Below are positions 1 through 8,959 of a DNA stretch of 64,000 nucleotides, piece after piece. Location of the stretch: contig JAEZFL010000058.1 of the NCBI GenBank assembly GCA_023417515.1, positions 2,952 through 66,951 on the forward strand, written 5' to 3'. The notes beneath the pieces are model-generated. The model searched no databases. It had not been told where the DNA came from and worked only from the letters and a program-made list of their open reading frames with translations. Position 1 is the stretch's first letter. The number at the start of each line of letters is the position of its first letter. Made by a program: the position numbers and the translations under genes. Origin of the DNA: Pseudomonadota bacterium (lineage in GTDB: Bacteria; Pseudomonadota; Alphaproteobacteria; Sphingomonadales; Sphingomonadaceae).

Positions 1-57
1 AGTGGATCCGTCGATGTCGAGCCTGATCATGAGCAACGGAATGCCGCGGCCCGAGCC

Positions 58-100
58 AAAAAGGAAGGAGCCGGGCGCATTCTACGCCGCGCCCGGCTCC
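58..100 (-). terminator. Rho-independent terminator
   Basis: GGAGCCGGGCGC...GCGCCCGGCTCC stem (67-100) followed on the minus strand by TTCCTTTTT. Confidence 0.7.
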
Positions 101-303
101 TGGTTCGCGGCGCCCAACCCCCACGACTTGGCGGGAGGCCGCAGGCGAATGTCCGCGCAGACACGCGCTTCGACTCGTCGGGGTCCGGCGCAGGCAAGAA
201 GTGCGCCATGACGGAATCCCGCGGGATCAAATGGTTAACGGCGACCGCGGATCGTGTCAGGACGGCACGGCCGGCACGGCCGCTGCCCCGGCGCGGTACG
301 ATC

Positions 304-777
304 CTATTCGGCGGCGGGCCGCATGATCGTCACCTCGGCGTCGGCCTGCGCTGCTTCCTCGCGGTTCGGGCGGCGCTGGGTCAGCGCATCGGAATTGACG
401 TGAAAACCGAGCAGCCGCGCGCGGCCGTCATCGAGCCGGTAGACGAATTCCTCGGTGCCGCGGCCGCGCTCGAACTGAGTGTCATAGGTCAAAGTGACCA
501 CCGTGCCCGCGTTCGTATAGTTGACGTGCCACCCCCGGCGGTTGGCCCGCCGCACGTCGCCGAGGCGCTCGTCGATCACCTCCAGCAGGGCGTGGAACTG
601 CTCCGGCGTCGCCGCCCGTTTGAACTCGTCGCTGGACTGGTCGTAGAGGCGGTCGATCTCGCGGTCGGCGGCCAGCTCGTGGAAACGCTCCACCTCGCGG
701 TCGACCGCGGCGACCTCGCTGCCCGCCGAGCACCCCGCTCCCGCCAGAGCCAGCACGCCGATCAACAGCTTCCTCAT
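304..777 (-). CDS. Lipoprotein, DUF4019-like
   Basis: Lipobox LAGAGC; pattern 'LYDQSSDEFK...RLG...YDTQFERG.GTEEF' resembles DUF4019-type proteins. Confidence 0.6.
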   Translation of the reverse strand: MRKLLIGVLALAGAGCSAGSEVAAVDREVERFHELAADREIDRLYDQSSDEFKRAATPEQFHALLEVIDERLGDVRRANRRGWHVNYTNAGTVVTLTYDTQFERGRGTEEFVYRLDDGRARLLGFHVNSDALTQRRPNREEAAQADAEVTIMRPAAE

Positions 778-886
778 CGCTCCCCCTCCGCCATGAAAGG
801 CGGAAGGTTAGGCAGTCGGCACTGGTCCGGCAAGCCGAGCGGAATGCGACTTCAATCCGCCGGTGTCGGCCACTAGACCCGCTTTC

Positions 887-2437
887 ATGATCAGTCGCCG
901 CCACTTCGTCGCCGGCAGCGCCGCGAGCCTGTTCGCCGCGCCCGCCATCCTCAAGGCCCAGTCGCTGTGGCGCAATTATCCGTTCAGCCTCGGTATCGCG
1001 TCGGGCGAGCCGGCGCCGGACGGCTTCGTCATCTGGACCCGCCTCGCGCCCGAGCCTCTGGCTTCGGACGGCGGAATGGGCATCGGCAACGCGCCGGTGA
1101 GATGGGAGGTCGCCGCGGACGACCGCTTCCGCGAGATCGTCGCCCGCGGCGAGGCGCTTGCGCGGCCCGAGCTCGCCCACTCCGTCCATGTCGAGGTGAC
1201 CGGCCTTCAGCCCGACCGGCCTTATTGGTACCGGTTCGAGATCCTCGGCGAGCGCTCGCTTCGCGGCCGTGCCCGCACGCTCCCCGCGCCCGGGGCCACG
1301 CCGACGTCGCTACGCTTCGGAGTCGCCGGCTGCCAGCATTATGAGGACGGCTATTTCACCGCCTTCCGCCACCTCGCCCGCGAGGACATCGCCTTCGTCT
1401 ATCATTATGGCGACTATATCTACGAATATGGCGGCGACGATCCGCGCGTGAACCGAAGCGGCGACCTGTTCGAGCCGGTGCGCCTCCACGCGGGGCGCCG
1501 GGACCTCTACGACATCACCGACTTCCGACAGCGTTACGCCCAGTACAAGATGGATGCCGACCTCCAGCGCGCCCATGCCGCCCACCCCTTCCTGATGGCG
1601 CTCGACGACCATGAGGTGCAGAACAACTGGGTCGGCGACCTGTCGGAGGACGACGTCCCGCCGGAGGTGTTCGCGCTCAAGCGCGCGCACGCCTTCCAGG
1701 CCTGGTACGAGCATATGCCGGTGCGCCGTTCCTCGCTTCCGCGCGGCGGCGCGATGCAGCTCCACCGCTCGCTGAAATGGGGCAACCTCGCCGAGATCGA
1801 TCTGCTCGACACAAGGCAGTTCCGTTCCGACCAGCCCTGCGACGACGGCTTCAAGACGGTCTGCGCCGAAGTGAACTCGCTCAGCGCCCAGGTGCTCGGC
1901 GCTGAGCAGGAAGCCTGGCTGGGCCGCAATCTCGCCAGCCGCGACACGCGCTGGAACGTGATCGCCCAGCAGGTGATGATGATGTCGCTGGACCGCCGCC
2001 GAACCCCGGACGAGGCGCCGTCCAAAGTCATCAACCTCGACACCTGGGCCGGCTATGAAGTGCCGCGCCAGCGCCTCCTGGCGCGGATGCGAGGCCTCGA
2101 CAATGTCGTCGTGCTGACCGGTGACGAGCATCAGAACTGGGCAGGCCTGCTGCAGGACGACCGCGGCCGGCCGGTGGCGGCGGAGCTCGTCGTCACCTCG
2201 GCCTCGAGCGGCGGCGACGGCCAGGACCTCAGGCGCGGAAGCGACACGATCCTCGCCAACAATCCGCAGCTGAAATGGGTCAACGACCAGCGCGGCTATG
2301 CGGTGATGGACGTCAACGCGGACCGGGTGACCGCCGATTTCATGGTCCTCGACCGCGTCCGCACGCCCGACGGCACGGTCAGCAAGCGCGCGAGCTGGAC
2401 CGTTCCGCACGGCCGGCCCGACCTGGTGCAGGGGTGA
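887..2437 (+). CDS. phoD: Alkaline phosphatase D family (Tat-exported)
   Basis: Tat signal SRRHFV; motifs FSLGIASGEP, GDYIYE, DDHEVQNN, LDTRQFRS, TGDEH. Start taken at ATG 887 (ORF track starts at 863). Confidence 0.92.
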   Translation: MISRRHFVAGSAASLFAAPAILKAQSLWRNYPFSLGIASGEPAPDGFVIWTRLAPEPLASDGGMGIGNAPVRWEVAADDRFREIVARGEALARPELAHSVHVEVTGLQPDRPYWYRFEILGERSLRGRARTLPAPGATPTSLRFGVAGCQHYEDGYFTAFRHLAREDIAFVYHYGDYIYEYGGDDPRVNRSGDLFEPVRLHAGRRDLYDITDFRQRYAQYKMDADLQRAHAAHPFLMALDDHEVQNNWVGDLSEDDVPPEVFALKRAHAFQAWYEHMPVRRSSLPRGGAMQLHRSLKWGNLAEIDLLDTRQFRSDQPCDDGFKTVCAEVNSLSAQVLGAEQEAWLGRNLASRDTRWNVIAQQVMMMSLDRRRTPDEAPSKVINLDTWAGYEVPRQRLLARMRGLDNVVVLTGDEHQNWAGLLQDDRGRPVAAELVVTSASSGGDGQDLRRGSDTILANNPQLKWVNDQRGYAVMDVNADRVTADFMVLDRVRTPDGTVSKRASWTVPHGRPDLVQG

Positions 2438-2442
2438 ATGGC

Positions 2443-2889
2443 ATGAAATATTGGGAAGACCTCGAAGTCGGCGAAAAGAAGCGCTTCGGCGCCTATCACG
2501 TCACCCGCGAGGAGGTGCTGGAGTTCGCCCGCAACTACGATCCCCAACCCTTCCACCTCTCCGACGAGGCGGCTGCCAGGACCCATTTCGGGCGGCTCGC
2601 GGCGAGCGGCTGGCATACCTGCGCGATGACCATGGCGATGCTCGTCGAGCAGGGTCGCAGCGATCCCTATGCCGGGCTCGGCTCGCCCGGAGTCGACGAG
2701 CTGCGCTGGCTGAAGCCGGTCTTCCCGGGCGATACCCTGTCGGTCGAGACCGAAATCATCGAGCTGCGCCCGTCAAACAGCCGCCCGGAATTCGGATCGT
2801 TCAAATCCAACGTCACGGTGTTCAACCAGGACGACGAGCCAGTCGCGCGGTTCACCTCGATCGTGCTGGTCGCAAGGCGCCCGAACTAA
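2443..2889 (+). CDS. MaoC family dehydratase
   Basis: MKYWEDLEVG..., YDPQPFHL, ASGWHT, LRWLKPVFPGDTL. Confidence 0.9.
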   Translation: MKYWEDLEVGEKKRFGAYHVTREEVLEFARNYDPQPFHLSDEAAARTHFGRLAASGWHTCAMTMAMLVEQGRSDPYAGLGSPGVDELRWLKPVFPGDTLSVETEIIELRPSNSRPEFGSFKSNVTVFNQDDEPVARFTSIVLVARRPN

Positions 2890-2891
2890 AT

Positions 2892-3019
2892 TCCTTCCTG
2901 CCGCGAAGGCGGCGGGGAGGGGGGCCATCTGCGCAGCACATGGTGGAGGGGTAATGCGGCCTACCCCTCGACCGTGGCTGCGGCATGGTCCCCCTCCCCG
3001 AGCAAGCTCGGGGAGGAAC
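2892..3019. repeat. Palindromic intergenic repeat, family A1
   Basis: GGGGAGGGGGGCCA...TGGTGGAGGGG...CCCCTC...TGGTCCCCCTCCCC with terminal hairpins; similar copies at 6749 and 12391. Confidence 0.8.
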
Positions 3020-3027
3020 CTAACGCT

Positions 3028-3573
3028 TCAATCCCGCCGGTCCCGTCTCCGCTCGCGGCGGAACTCCCTCCGGTCCTGGCGGCGATCCTGGCGATAGTCC
3101 CGCCTCAAGTCGCGGCGCCGCTCGCGGGTCTGGTCGCGGGTCAGGTCGCCGTCGCGGAAATCGCGGCGCAGCTCACGGCGGTCCTGCCGGAATTCGCGGC
3201 GGTCGCCGCGCCGCTCCTGGCGAAACTCGCGCCAGTTCTCACGCACGTCGCGACGGTCGCCGCGCCAATTGTGGCGCCGGCCTTCCCAATAGCGGCGCTG
3301 ATGGTCGTTCCATCGGTACGGTCGGCGGTAGCGGTCGTACACGTAGATGCCGACGCCGGGATAATAATAGTCGTTATACCAGCCCCAATAGGGATCGCCG
3401 TAATAGCCGCCGCCATAAGGGGTGCCGTAATAGCCGCCATAATAGGGCCGGCCATAGCCCACCGACACCCCGCCATAGCCGTAGCCATAGCCGTCGCCAT
3501 AATAATCGGAGCAGCCCGCGAGGCCCAGCACGGACAGCGGGAGCAGGAGCGTCAGGACGCCACGTCTACGCAT
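3028..3573 (-). CDS. Low-complexity lipoprotein (Gly/Tyr-rich N-half, Arg/Asp/Glu-rich repeats)
   Basis: Lipobox LAGC; GYGYG and RREFRQDR repeats. Confidence 0.7.
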   Translation of the reverse strand: MRRRGVLTLLLPLSVLGLAGCSDYYGDGYGYGYGGVSVGYGRPYYGGYYGTPYGGGYYGDPYWGWYNDYYYPGVGIYVYDRYRRPYRWNDHQRRYWEGRRHNWRGDRRDVRENWREFRQERRGDRREFRQDRRELRRDFRDGDLTRDQTRERRRDLRRDYRQDRRQDRREFRRERRRDRRD

Positions 3574-3719
3574 CGGAAAGTCTCCCCTGGAGAGAGACGC
3601 CCGCCCGCCCCACCAAGTGGGCGGAACGTCGTGTTAACCGTCGGTAAACCAACGGCTTGAGGTTTCCGTTCCGTAATGAACCGCCGGTGAATGCGTGCCC
3701 CGAAGCGGGAGCGCGGCGT

Positions 3720-3758
3720 AAAAAAAGGGACCCCGGCGCGCGGCCGAGGTCCCTGTTT
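3720..3758 (-). terminator. Terminator of petABC
   Basis: GGGACC...GGTCCC hairpin followed by a T-tract on the minus strand, just after the petC stop. Confidence 0.8.
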
Positions 3759-3776
3759 CGGACTCGAAGGAACCGG

Positions 3777-4622
3777 TCAGGCGGCGGGCGCCGCCCCGCC
3801 CTTCCTGGGCTTCCGGTCGGCCCACACGTTGCGATAGGCGAAATAGGCCAGCACCGTCGCGAAGAGCAGGAAGATGGTGACCGCAAGGCCCATCTGGTGA
3901 CGCTTCTCGAGGTTCGGCTCGGCGCTCCACATCAGGAAGGCGGCGACGTCCTGCGCCATCTGGTCGCGGGTCGCCTGGGTGCCGTCGGCATAGCTGACCT
4001 GGCCGTCCGCGGTGATCGGAGGCGGCATCGCGATGTCGAGATTGGGGAAGTAGGCGTTGTAGTGGAGCCCTTCCGGCGTCTCGTGGCCATGCGGCGCCTC
4101 GCGATAGCCGGTGAGCAGCGACGCGATATAGGCGGCGCCGTCCGGCCGCGCCTTGGCCATCAGCGACAGATCGGGCGGGTTGGAATTGTTGTTCGCCGCC
4201 CGCGCCGCCGTCTCGTTGGCATAGGGGCTCGGGAAGCGGTCCGCCGGGATCGCCTTGCGCGTCGCTGCCTCGCCCGTGTCCGGGTTCACCGACGGCACCT
4301 GGATCGGCCACTGGTCGGCGATCGCCCGGACCTCCGCCTCGCTGTAGCCGAGTTCGGCAAGGTTGCGGAACGCGACCAGGTTGAGTCCGTGGCAGCCCGC
4401 GCAGACCTCCTTATAGACCTGGAAGCCGCGCTGAAGCTGGCGCTCGTCATAATGGCCGAACGGCCCGTTGAAGGTGAACGCGATCGACCGCGGTTCCTCA
4501 TAGGCGGCGTGGCTGCCCGCTGCTTCCTCGGCGGTGAACCAGGTGAACAGGCCGGTGATGAACGAGACTCCGGCGACGAAGACGAAGCCGAGACCGATCA
4601 GGATGGCGATGAGACGTGCCAT
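3777..4622 (-). CDS. petC: Cytochrome c1
   Basis: QRGFQVYKEVCAGCH heme motif, PPDLSL, C-terminal TM helix. Confidence 0.97.
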   Translation of the reverse strand: MARLIAILIGLGFVFVAGVSFITGLFTWFTAEEAAGSHAAYEEPRSIAFTFNGPFGHYDERQLQRGFQVYKEVCAGCHGLNLVAFRNLAELGYSEAEVRAIADQWPIQVPSVNPDTGEAATRKAIPADRFPSPYANETAARAANNNSNPPDLSLMAKARPDGAAYIASLLTGYREAPHGHETPEGLHYNAYFPNLDIAMPPPITADGQVSYADGTQATRDQMAQDVAAFLMWSAEPNLEKRHQMGLAVTIFLLFATVLAYFAYRNVWADRKPRKGGAAPAA

Positions 4623-4634
4623 GGGTGCTTTCCC

Positions 4635-5963
4635 TTATTCGGCAGGCTGCGGCTGGGCGTCGCCGGCGCCGGGCTTGGTCCCGGTCGGCATCCCCGCGGG
4701 TGAGGCTTCCTGAGCTTCGCCGTGCAGCACGCTCTCCGAGATGGAGTTGGGCAATGGCTTGGTCCGCTCGATTTTGGAGAGGATCGGGATGATGATCAGG
4801 AAGAAGGCGAAATAGTACATCGTGCCGAGCTGGCTGATGAGCACATAGGGCTCCTCCGCCGGCAGGCCGCCGCACCAGCCGAGCACCAGAACCACCGCGA
4901 GCCAGATGAAGAAGAAGATCCGGAACAGCGGGCGGTAATTGGCCGAGCGGGTCGGCGACGTGTCGAGCCAGGGCAGGAAGAACATGACCAGGATCGACGC
5001 GAACATCGCGATCACGCCCCACAGCTTGGCGGGCAGGATGAAGTCCACCGTGAAGGCGCGAAGGATCGCGTAGAACGGCCAGAAATACCATTCCGGAGTG
5101 ATGTGCGCGGGCGTCGAGAGCGGGTTCGCCTGGATGTAATTGTCCGGGTGGCCGAGATAGTTCGGCAGGAAGAACACCATGATGGTGAACAGCACCAGGA
5201 ACACGCCGAGGCCGAAGCCGTCCTTCGCGGTGTAATAAGGGTGGAACGGCACCGTGTCCTGAGGCGCCTTCACGTCGACCCCGGTCGGGTTGCCCGAGCC
5301 CGGGATGTGGAGCGCCCAGATGTGCAGGATGACCACCCCGAAGATCACGAACGGCAGCAGATAGTGGAGCGAGAAGAAGCGGTTGAGCGTCGCCGTGTCG
5401 GGCGCGTAGCCGCCGAGCAGCCACACCTGGAGAGGCTCGCCGACCAGCGGGATCGCGCCGAACAGGCCGGTGATGACCTTGGCGCCCCAGAAGCTCATCT
5501 GGCCCCAGGGAAGGACGTAGCCCATGAACGCGGTCGCCATCGCCAGAAGGAAGATGACCAGGCCGAGCATGAACACCATCTCGCGCGGCGCCTTGTAGGA
5601 GCCGTAATAGAGATTGCGTCCCATATGGACGTAGATGGCGATGAAGAAGAAGCTCGCGCCGTTGGCGTGGGCATAGCGCAGGAACCAGCCCTGGTTCACG
5701 TTGCGCATGATGTGCTCGACCGACTGGAAGGCGAGCATGCCGTCGGCCCGGTAATGCATCGCGAGGATGATTCCGGTGATGATCTGGATCGCCAAGGCGA
5801 CTCCGGCGAGGACGCCGAAATTCCAGAAATAGTTGAGGTTGCTCGGAACCGGATAGCCCGGGCCCACGGCGCCGTGGATGAGGCGCGGAAGCGGCAGACG
5901 GTCGTCGAGCCACTTCATGACGGGGTGCTTGGGCTCGTAATGCTGTGCCCAGGGGAAGCTCAT
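4635..5963 (-). CDS. petB: Cytochrome b
   Basis: [30 protein letters not shown]. Confidence 0.98.
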   Translation of the reverse strand: MSFPWAQHYEPKHPVMKWLDDRLPLPRLIHGAVGPGYPVPSNLNYFWNFGVLAGVALAIQIITGIILAMHYRADGMLAFQSVEHIMRNVNQGWFLRYAHANGASFFFIAIYVHMGRNLYYGSYKAPREMVFMLGLVIFLLAMATAFMGYVLPWGQMSFWGAKVITGLFGAIPLVGEPLQVWLLGGYAPDTATLNRFFSLHYLLPFVIFGVVILHIWALHIPGSGNPTGVDVKAPQDTVPFHPYYTAKDGFGLGVFLVLFTIMVFFLPNYLGHPDNYIQANPLSTPAHITPEWYFWPFYAILRAFTVDFILPAKLWGVIAMFASILVMFFLPWLDTSPTRSANYRPLFRIFFFIWLAVVLVLGWCGGLPAEEPYVLISQLGTMYYFAFFLIIIPILSKIERTKPLPNSISESVLHGEAQEASPAGMPTGTKPGAGDAQPQPAE

Positions 5964-5977
5964 CTTACTGGTCTCCC

Positions 5978-6547
5978 TCAGCCGATCCGGACGGCGGTAT
6001 CGGAAGTGAATTCATATTCCGGCACCTCGAGGTTGAGGGGCGCCGGGCCTTTGCGGATTCGGCCCGCGGTGTCGTAGTGCGAGCCGTGGCACGGGCAGAA
6101 ATAGCCGCCATACTCGCCCTTGTTCTCGCCTTCCGCGGCGCCGAGCGGGACGCAGCCGAGATGGGTGCACACGCCCATCGTGATCAGCCATTGCGGGCGC
6201 CCTTCCGAGGTGCGCTCGGCGAGCGTCTGCGGGTCGCGAAGCGAGGCGGCGTCGACCGCGTTGGCGGCCTCGATCTCCTGCGGAGTCAGGTGACGGATGA
6301 ACACCGGCTGCTTGCGCCATTCGGTCTTGACCGCCTGCCCCGCCTCGATCCCCGACACGTCGACGTCGATCGAGGCCAAGGCGAGCACGTCGGCCGACGG
6401 GTTCATCTGGTTGATCAGGGGATAGAGGACCGCGACCGCGCCGGCGCCGGCAAAGCTCACCGCCGCGAGGTTGATGAAGTCCCGCCGTCGCACGCCGTCA
6501 TGCGGCTCGGCTTCCGGCACTGGTCCGGTCTTATCGAGAGTCGCCAT
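5978..6547 (-). CDS. petA: Rieske iron-sulfur subunit of bc1 complex
   Basis: Tat RRDF; CTHLGC and CPCHGS boxes. Confidence 0.98.
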   Translation of the reverse strand: MATLDKTGPVPEAEPHDGVRRRDFINLAAVSFAGAGAVAVLYPLINQMNPSADVLALASIDVDVSGIEAGQAVKTEWRKQPVFIRHLTPQEIEAANAVDAASLRDPQTLAERTSEGRPQWLITMGVCTHLGCVPLGAAEGENKGEYGGYFCPCHGSHYDTAGRIRKGPAPLNLEVPEYEFTSDTAVRIG

Positions 6548-6748
6548 ATTCTACCTTCAGCGCCCACCCCAGAAGGGAGTTTGTACTGGATGCACGAAAC
6601 CGCTCCCGCGCCGGAACCATCCGGTGGGAGCGACGCCATGCGAACAAGGGCCGCAAGAGTGCGGCTCGCCGGCCTGATAGCCGCCAGTGCCGCGCTTTGC
6701 CAACATGGATTTTGTCCCCGGCGCGGCACGGCTCGCCGCAGCAGTCTC

Positions 6749-6951
6749 TCCTCCCCGCGATTTCGCGGGGAGGGGGACCGGCCCTTCGACGCCGCCTGCG
6801 GCGTTGCTCAGGATAAACTGCGCCCATGGCGCAGCCGGTGGAGGGGCCGCGCAGCAGGCGCGGAATTATAGCGGAGGAGATCGCCGCCTTCGGCGTCGCC
6901 CCTCCACCAATCTGCGCATGGTCCCCCTCCCCGGCAAATGCCGGGGAGGAT
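6749..6951. repeat. Palindromic repeat family A1 with a nested CCCTTCGAC...GCTCAGG element
   Basis: Same arms as the 2892 and 12391 copies; insert at ~6782-6812 resembles 60530-60548. Confidence 0.7.
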
Positions 6952-6963
6952 AAGGAAGGCCCC

Positions 6964-7473
6964 ATGCGCCTCGCCCTCTATCAGCCCGACCAGGCCGGCA
7001 ATGTCGGCACCATCCTCAGGCTCGCCGCCTGCCTCGGGGTTCCGGTCGACATCGTCGAGCCCTGCGGCTTCCCGTGGAGCGACAAGGCGCTGCGCCGCGC
7101 CGGGATGGACTATGCCGAGATCGCCCGGGTGACCCGCCACGCCGACTGGGCCGCCTTCGCCGGCGCGCTCGGCGGGTGCCGCCTCGTCCTGATGACGACG
7201 AAGGGCGCGACTGCGCTGCCCGAGGCCCGGTTCGAGCCGGGCGACACCCTTCTGATGGGCTCGGAGAGCGCGGGCGTTCCGGCCGAGGTCCACGACGCGG
7301 CGGCGTTGCGGGTGCGAATCCCGCAGGTGGAGGGCACACGCTCGCTCAACATCGCCGTGGCGGCGGGCATCGGACTGGCGGAGGCGATCCGGCAGACGGG
7401 CTTGTGGGGCGGCGATGCGGGCGCGATCTCGGTGCTTGAACGAACCGCATGGACGCGGGCGCGGGTACGGTGA
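6964..7473 (+). CDS. trmL: tRNA (cytidine(34)-2'-O)-methyltransferase, SpoU family
   Basis: MRLALYQPDQAGNVG, RRAGMDY, GSESAG, RSLNIAV. Confidence 0.9.
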   Translation: MRLALYQPDQAGNVGTILRLAACLGVPVDIVEPCGFPWSDKALRRAGMDYAEIARVTRHADWAAFAGALGGCRLVLMTTKGATALPEARFEPGDTLLMGSESAGVPAEVHDAAALRVRIPQVEGTRSLNIAVAAGIGLAEAIRQTGLWGGDAGAISVLERTAWTRARVR

Positions 7474-7608
7474 CTCGGGGCCACCGGTCGATTGCCGCAG
7501 CGGCTGGACATCACAGACCGAGCTCACCCGGTCGTGGAGAGGCATCGGGAGAGGCGCTGAGCAGCGTCAGGGACGTCCTCCCGTCACTTGCGCAATCCAC
7601 GCCTGTCC

Positions 7609-7623
7609 TTATGTTGAACATAA
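7609..7623. promoter_or_regulatory. Palindromic operator, probably TA autoregulation
   Basis: TTATGTT-G-AACATAA, a perfect inverted repeat 25 bp upstream of the antitoxin ATG. Confidence 0.6.
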
Positions 7624-7648
7624 CGGAATTTTTGTTGGACGCGGTACG

Positions 7649-8023
7649 ATGGCCAAGCATCAAGGTGAGACTAAGGGCGGCGGCGCCGTAAGGAAGACCG
7701 CGCGTAAGTCGGGAGCCGTCAAGAGCGGCTGGCAGGTCAAGCGCGACGGGCCGAGCGGACACTTTGCGACCGTGCATCGGAAGCGCGTCGAGGCGGTGAT
7801 GGCCGCTGCCGAGCGGTCCGGCCTGCTGCAGGAGAAGAGCGGCCGGATTGGCGGCCGGATCAGCCCGAAGCTGATCAGGCAAGCGAAGGCGCAAACCGGG
7901 ATCGAAACCGACACCGACCTCATCGAGTTCGCGCTCGCCAACGTCGCCCTCGAGGACAAATTCGCCGAGAGCTTCAAGAGCGTTCGCGGGAGTGTGGATC
8001 CGGATCTGAAGCTCGACTTCTGA
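7649..8023 (+). CDS. Putative antitoxin (RHH-like)
   Basis: Directly upstream of the PIN gene (1 bp gap); RIGGRISPKLIRQAK...TDTDLIEFAL. Confidence 0.65.
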   Translation: MAKHQGETKGGGAVRKTARKSGAVKSGWQVKRDGPSGHFATVHRKRVEAVMAAAERSGLLQEKSGRIGGRISPKLIRQAKAQTGIETDTDLIEFALANVALEDKFAESFKSVRGSVDPDLKLDF

Positions 8024-8024
8024 C

Positions 8025-8606
8025 GTGCCGGCTTTCGACCTCGCAGGCGCGCTTCGCTGGGCGCGTTTCGATCCGCGGCGGACTCTGTCCCGCCGCGCGG
8101 ACGGCGAGCTGCCTTTCGCCCGTGAGGAAGAGCTCGCCGGCCAGCCACTGCTGCTCGATACGTGCGTCTATATCGACCAGATGCAGGGGCGCGCGCCGAA
8201 ACTTGTCGAGCAGCTCGTCGAGACTCGACACGTCAATCACTCCAGCGTCGCCATCCAAGAGCTCCTCCACACGATCGGCCGGCTCAATCCCGACGATGCG
8301 CGAACCGCAACGGTGGTCGGCGCGGTACGCACGCAGGTGGAAGCCATGCCCGACCACCGCGTGTTCACGCCCGATGCCGATGTGTTTGGGCGAGCTGCCT
8401 TGCTGGCAGGCATTCTGTGTCGTCTCCAGGGTTATGCGCGTGACGCCAAGTTCAAGGCGCTGCAGGACGCCACGCTGTTCCTCCAGGCGCAAAAGCTTGG
8501 CCTCACCGTCCTCACCGCCAACATCGTCGAATTCGACTATATGTGTCAGCTCGTCCCGACCGGCCGCGTACTCTTCTACCGCCTCGACCCGCCCTTAGCG
8601 GCCTGA
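8025..8606 (+). CDS. PIN-domain (VapC-like) toxin
   Basis: LLLDTCVYID, SVAIQEL, LQDATL, VLTANIVEF PIN acidic motifs. Confidence 0.85.
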   Translation: MPAFDLAGALRWARFDPRRTLSRRADGELPFAREEELAGQPLLLDTCVYIDQMQGRAPKLVEQLVETRHVNHSSVAIQELLHTIGRLNPDDARTATVVGAVRTQVEAMPDHRVFTPDADVFGRAALLAGILCRLQGYARDAKFKALQDATLFLQAQKLGLTVLTANIVEFDYMCQLVPTGRVLFYRLDPPLAA

Positions 8607-8959
8607 CTCTGCTGGGACCTCACGCGGCTTGGGTCGAAAGCACTGTCTGCTCCTGTCATTCTGCCGCTCCGAAGCGGAGGGGCAGGAAACGGGCCACAAC
8701 CGTCCCTCCTCCTCGGGCGGCTCGTCCTATACGCCATCCCCCTCGGGCGGCGTGCTTCGCAGTCCGAGGGCTCGCAACTTCTTGTCGAGCAGCGCGATCG
8801 ACTCCTCGAAGGTCCAGCGCTGGCGGCGGCCGTCGGGGGCGAAGCGACTGTCCGCCCGGCGGGGTTGGCGGTCCCGGCGGGCGAGGAGCTTCATGACCCG
8901 GGCGAAATCGGCGTCGGCCTCGGCGCTTCGGCCGCAGGTGGGGCATGGGCCTGGCGCGC

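Noticed and set aside
1..30. Possible gene start MIRLDIDGST running off the left edge (minus strand)
   Set aside because: Only 10 codons are visible, too little to support a call.
8656..8946. 96-aa minus-strand ORF from the track
   Set aside because: Arg/Pro-rich off-frame reading; a neighbouring frame is more protein-like (reported as a remnant).
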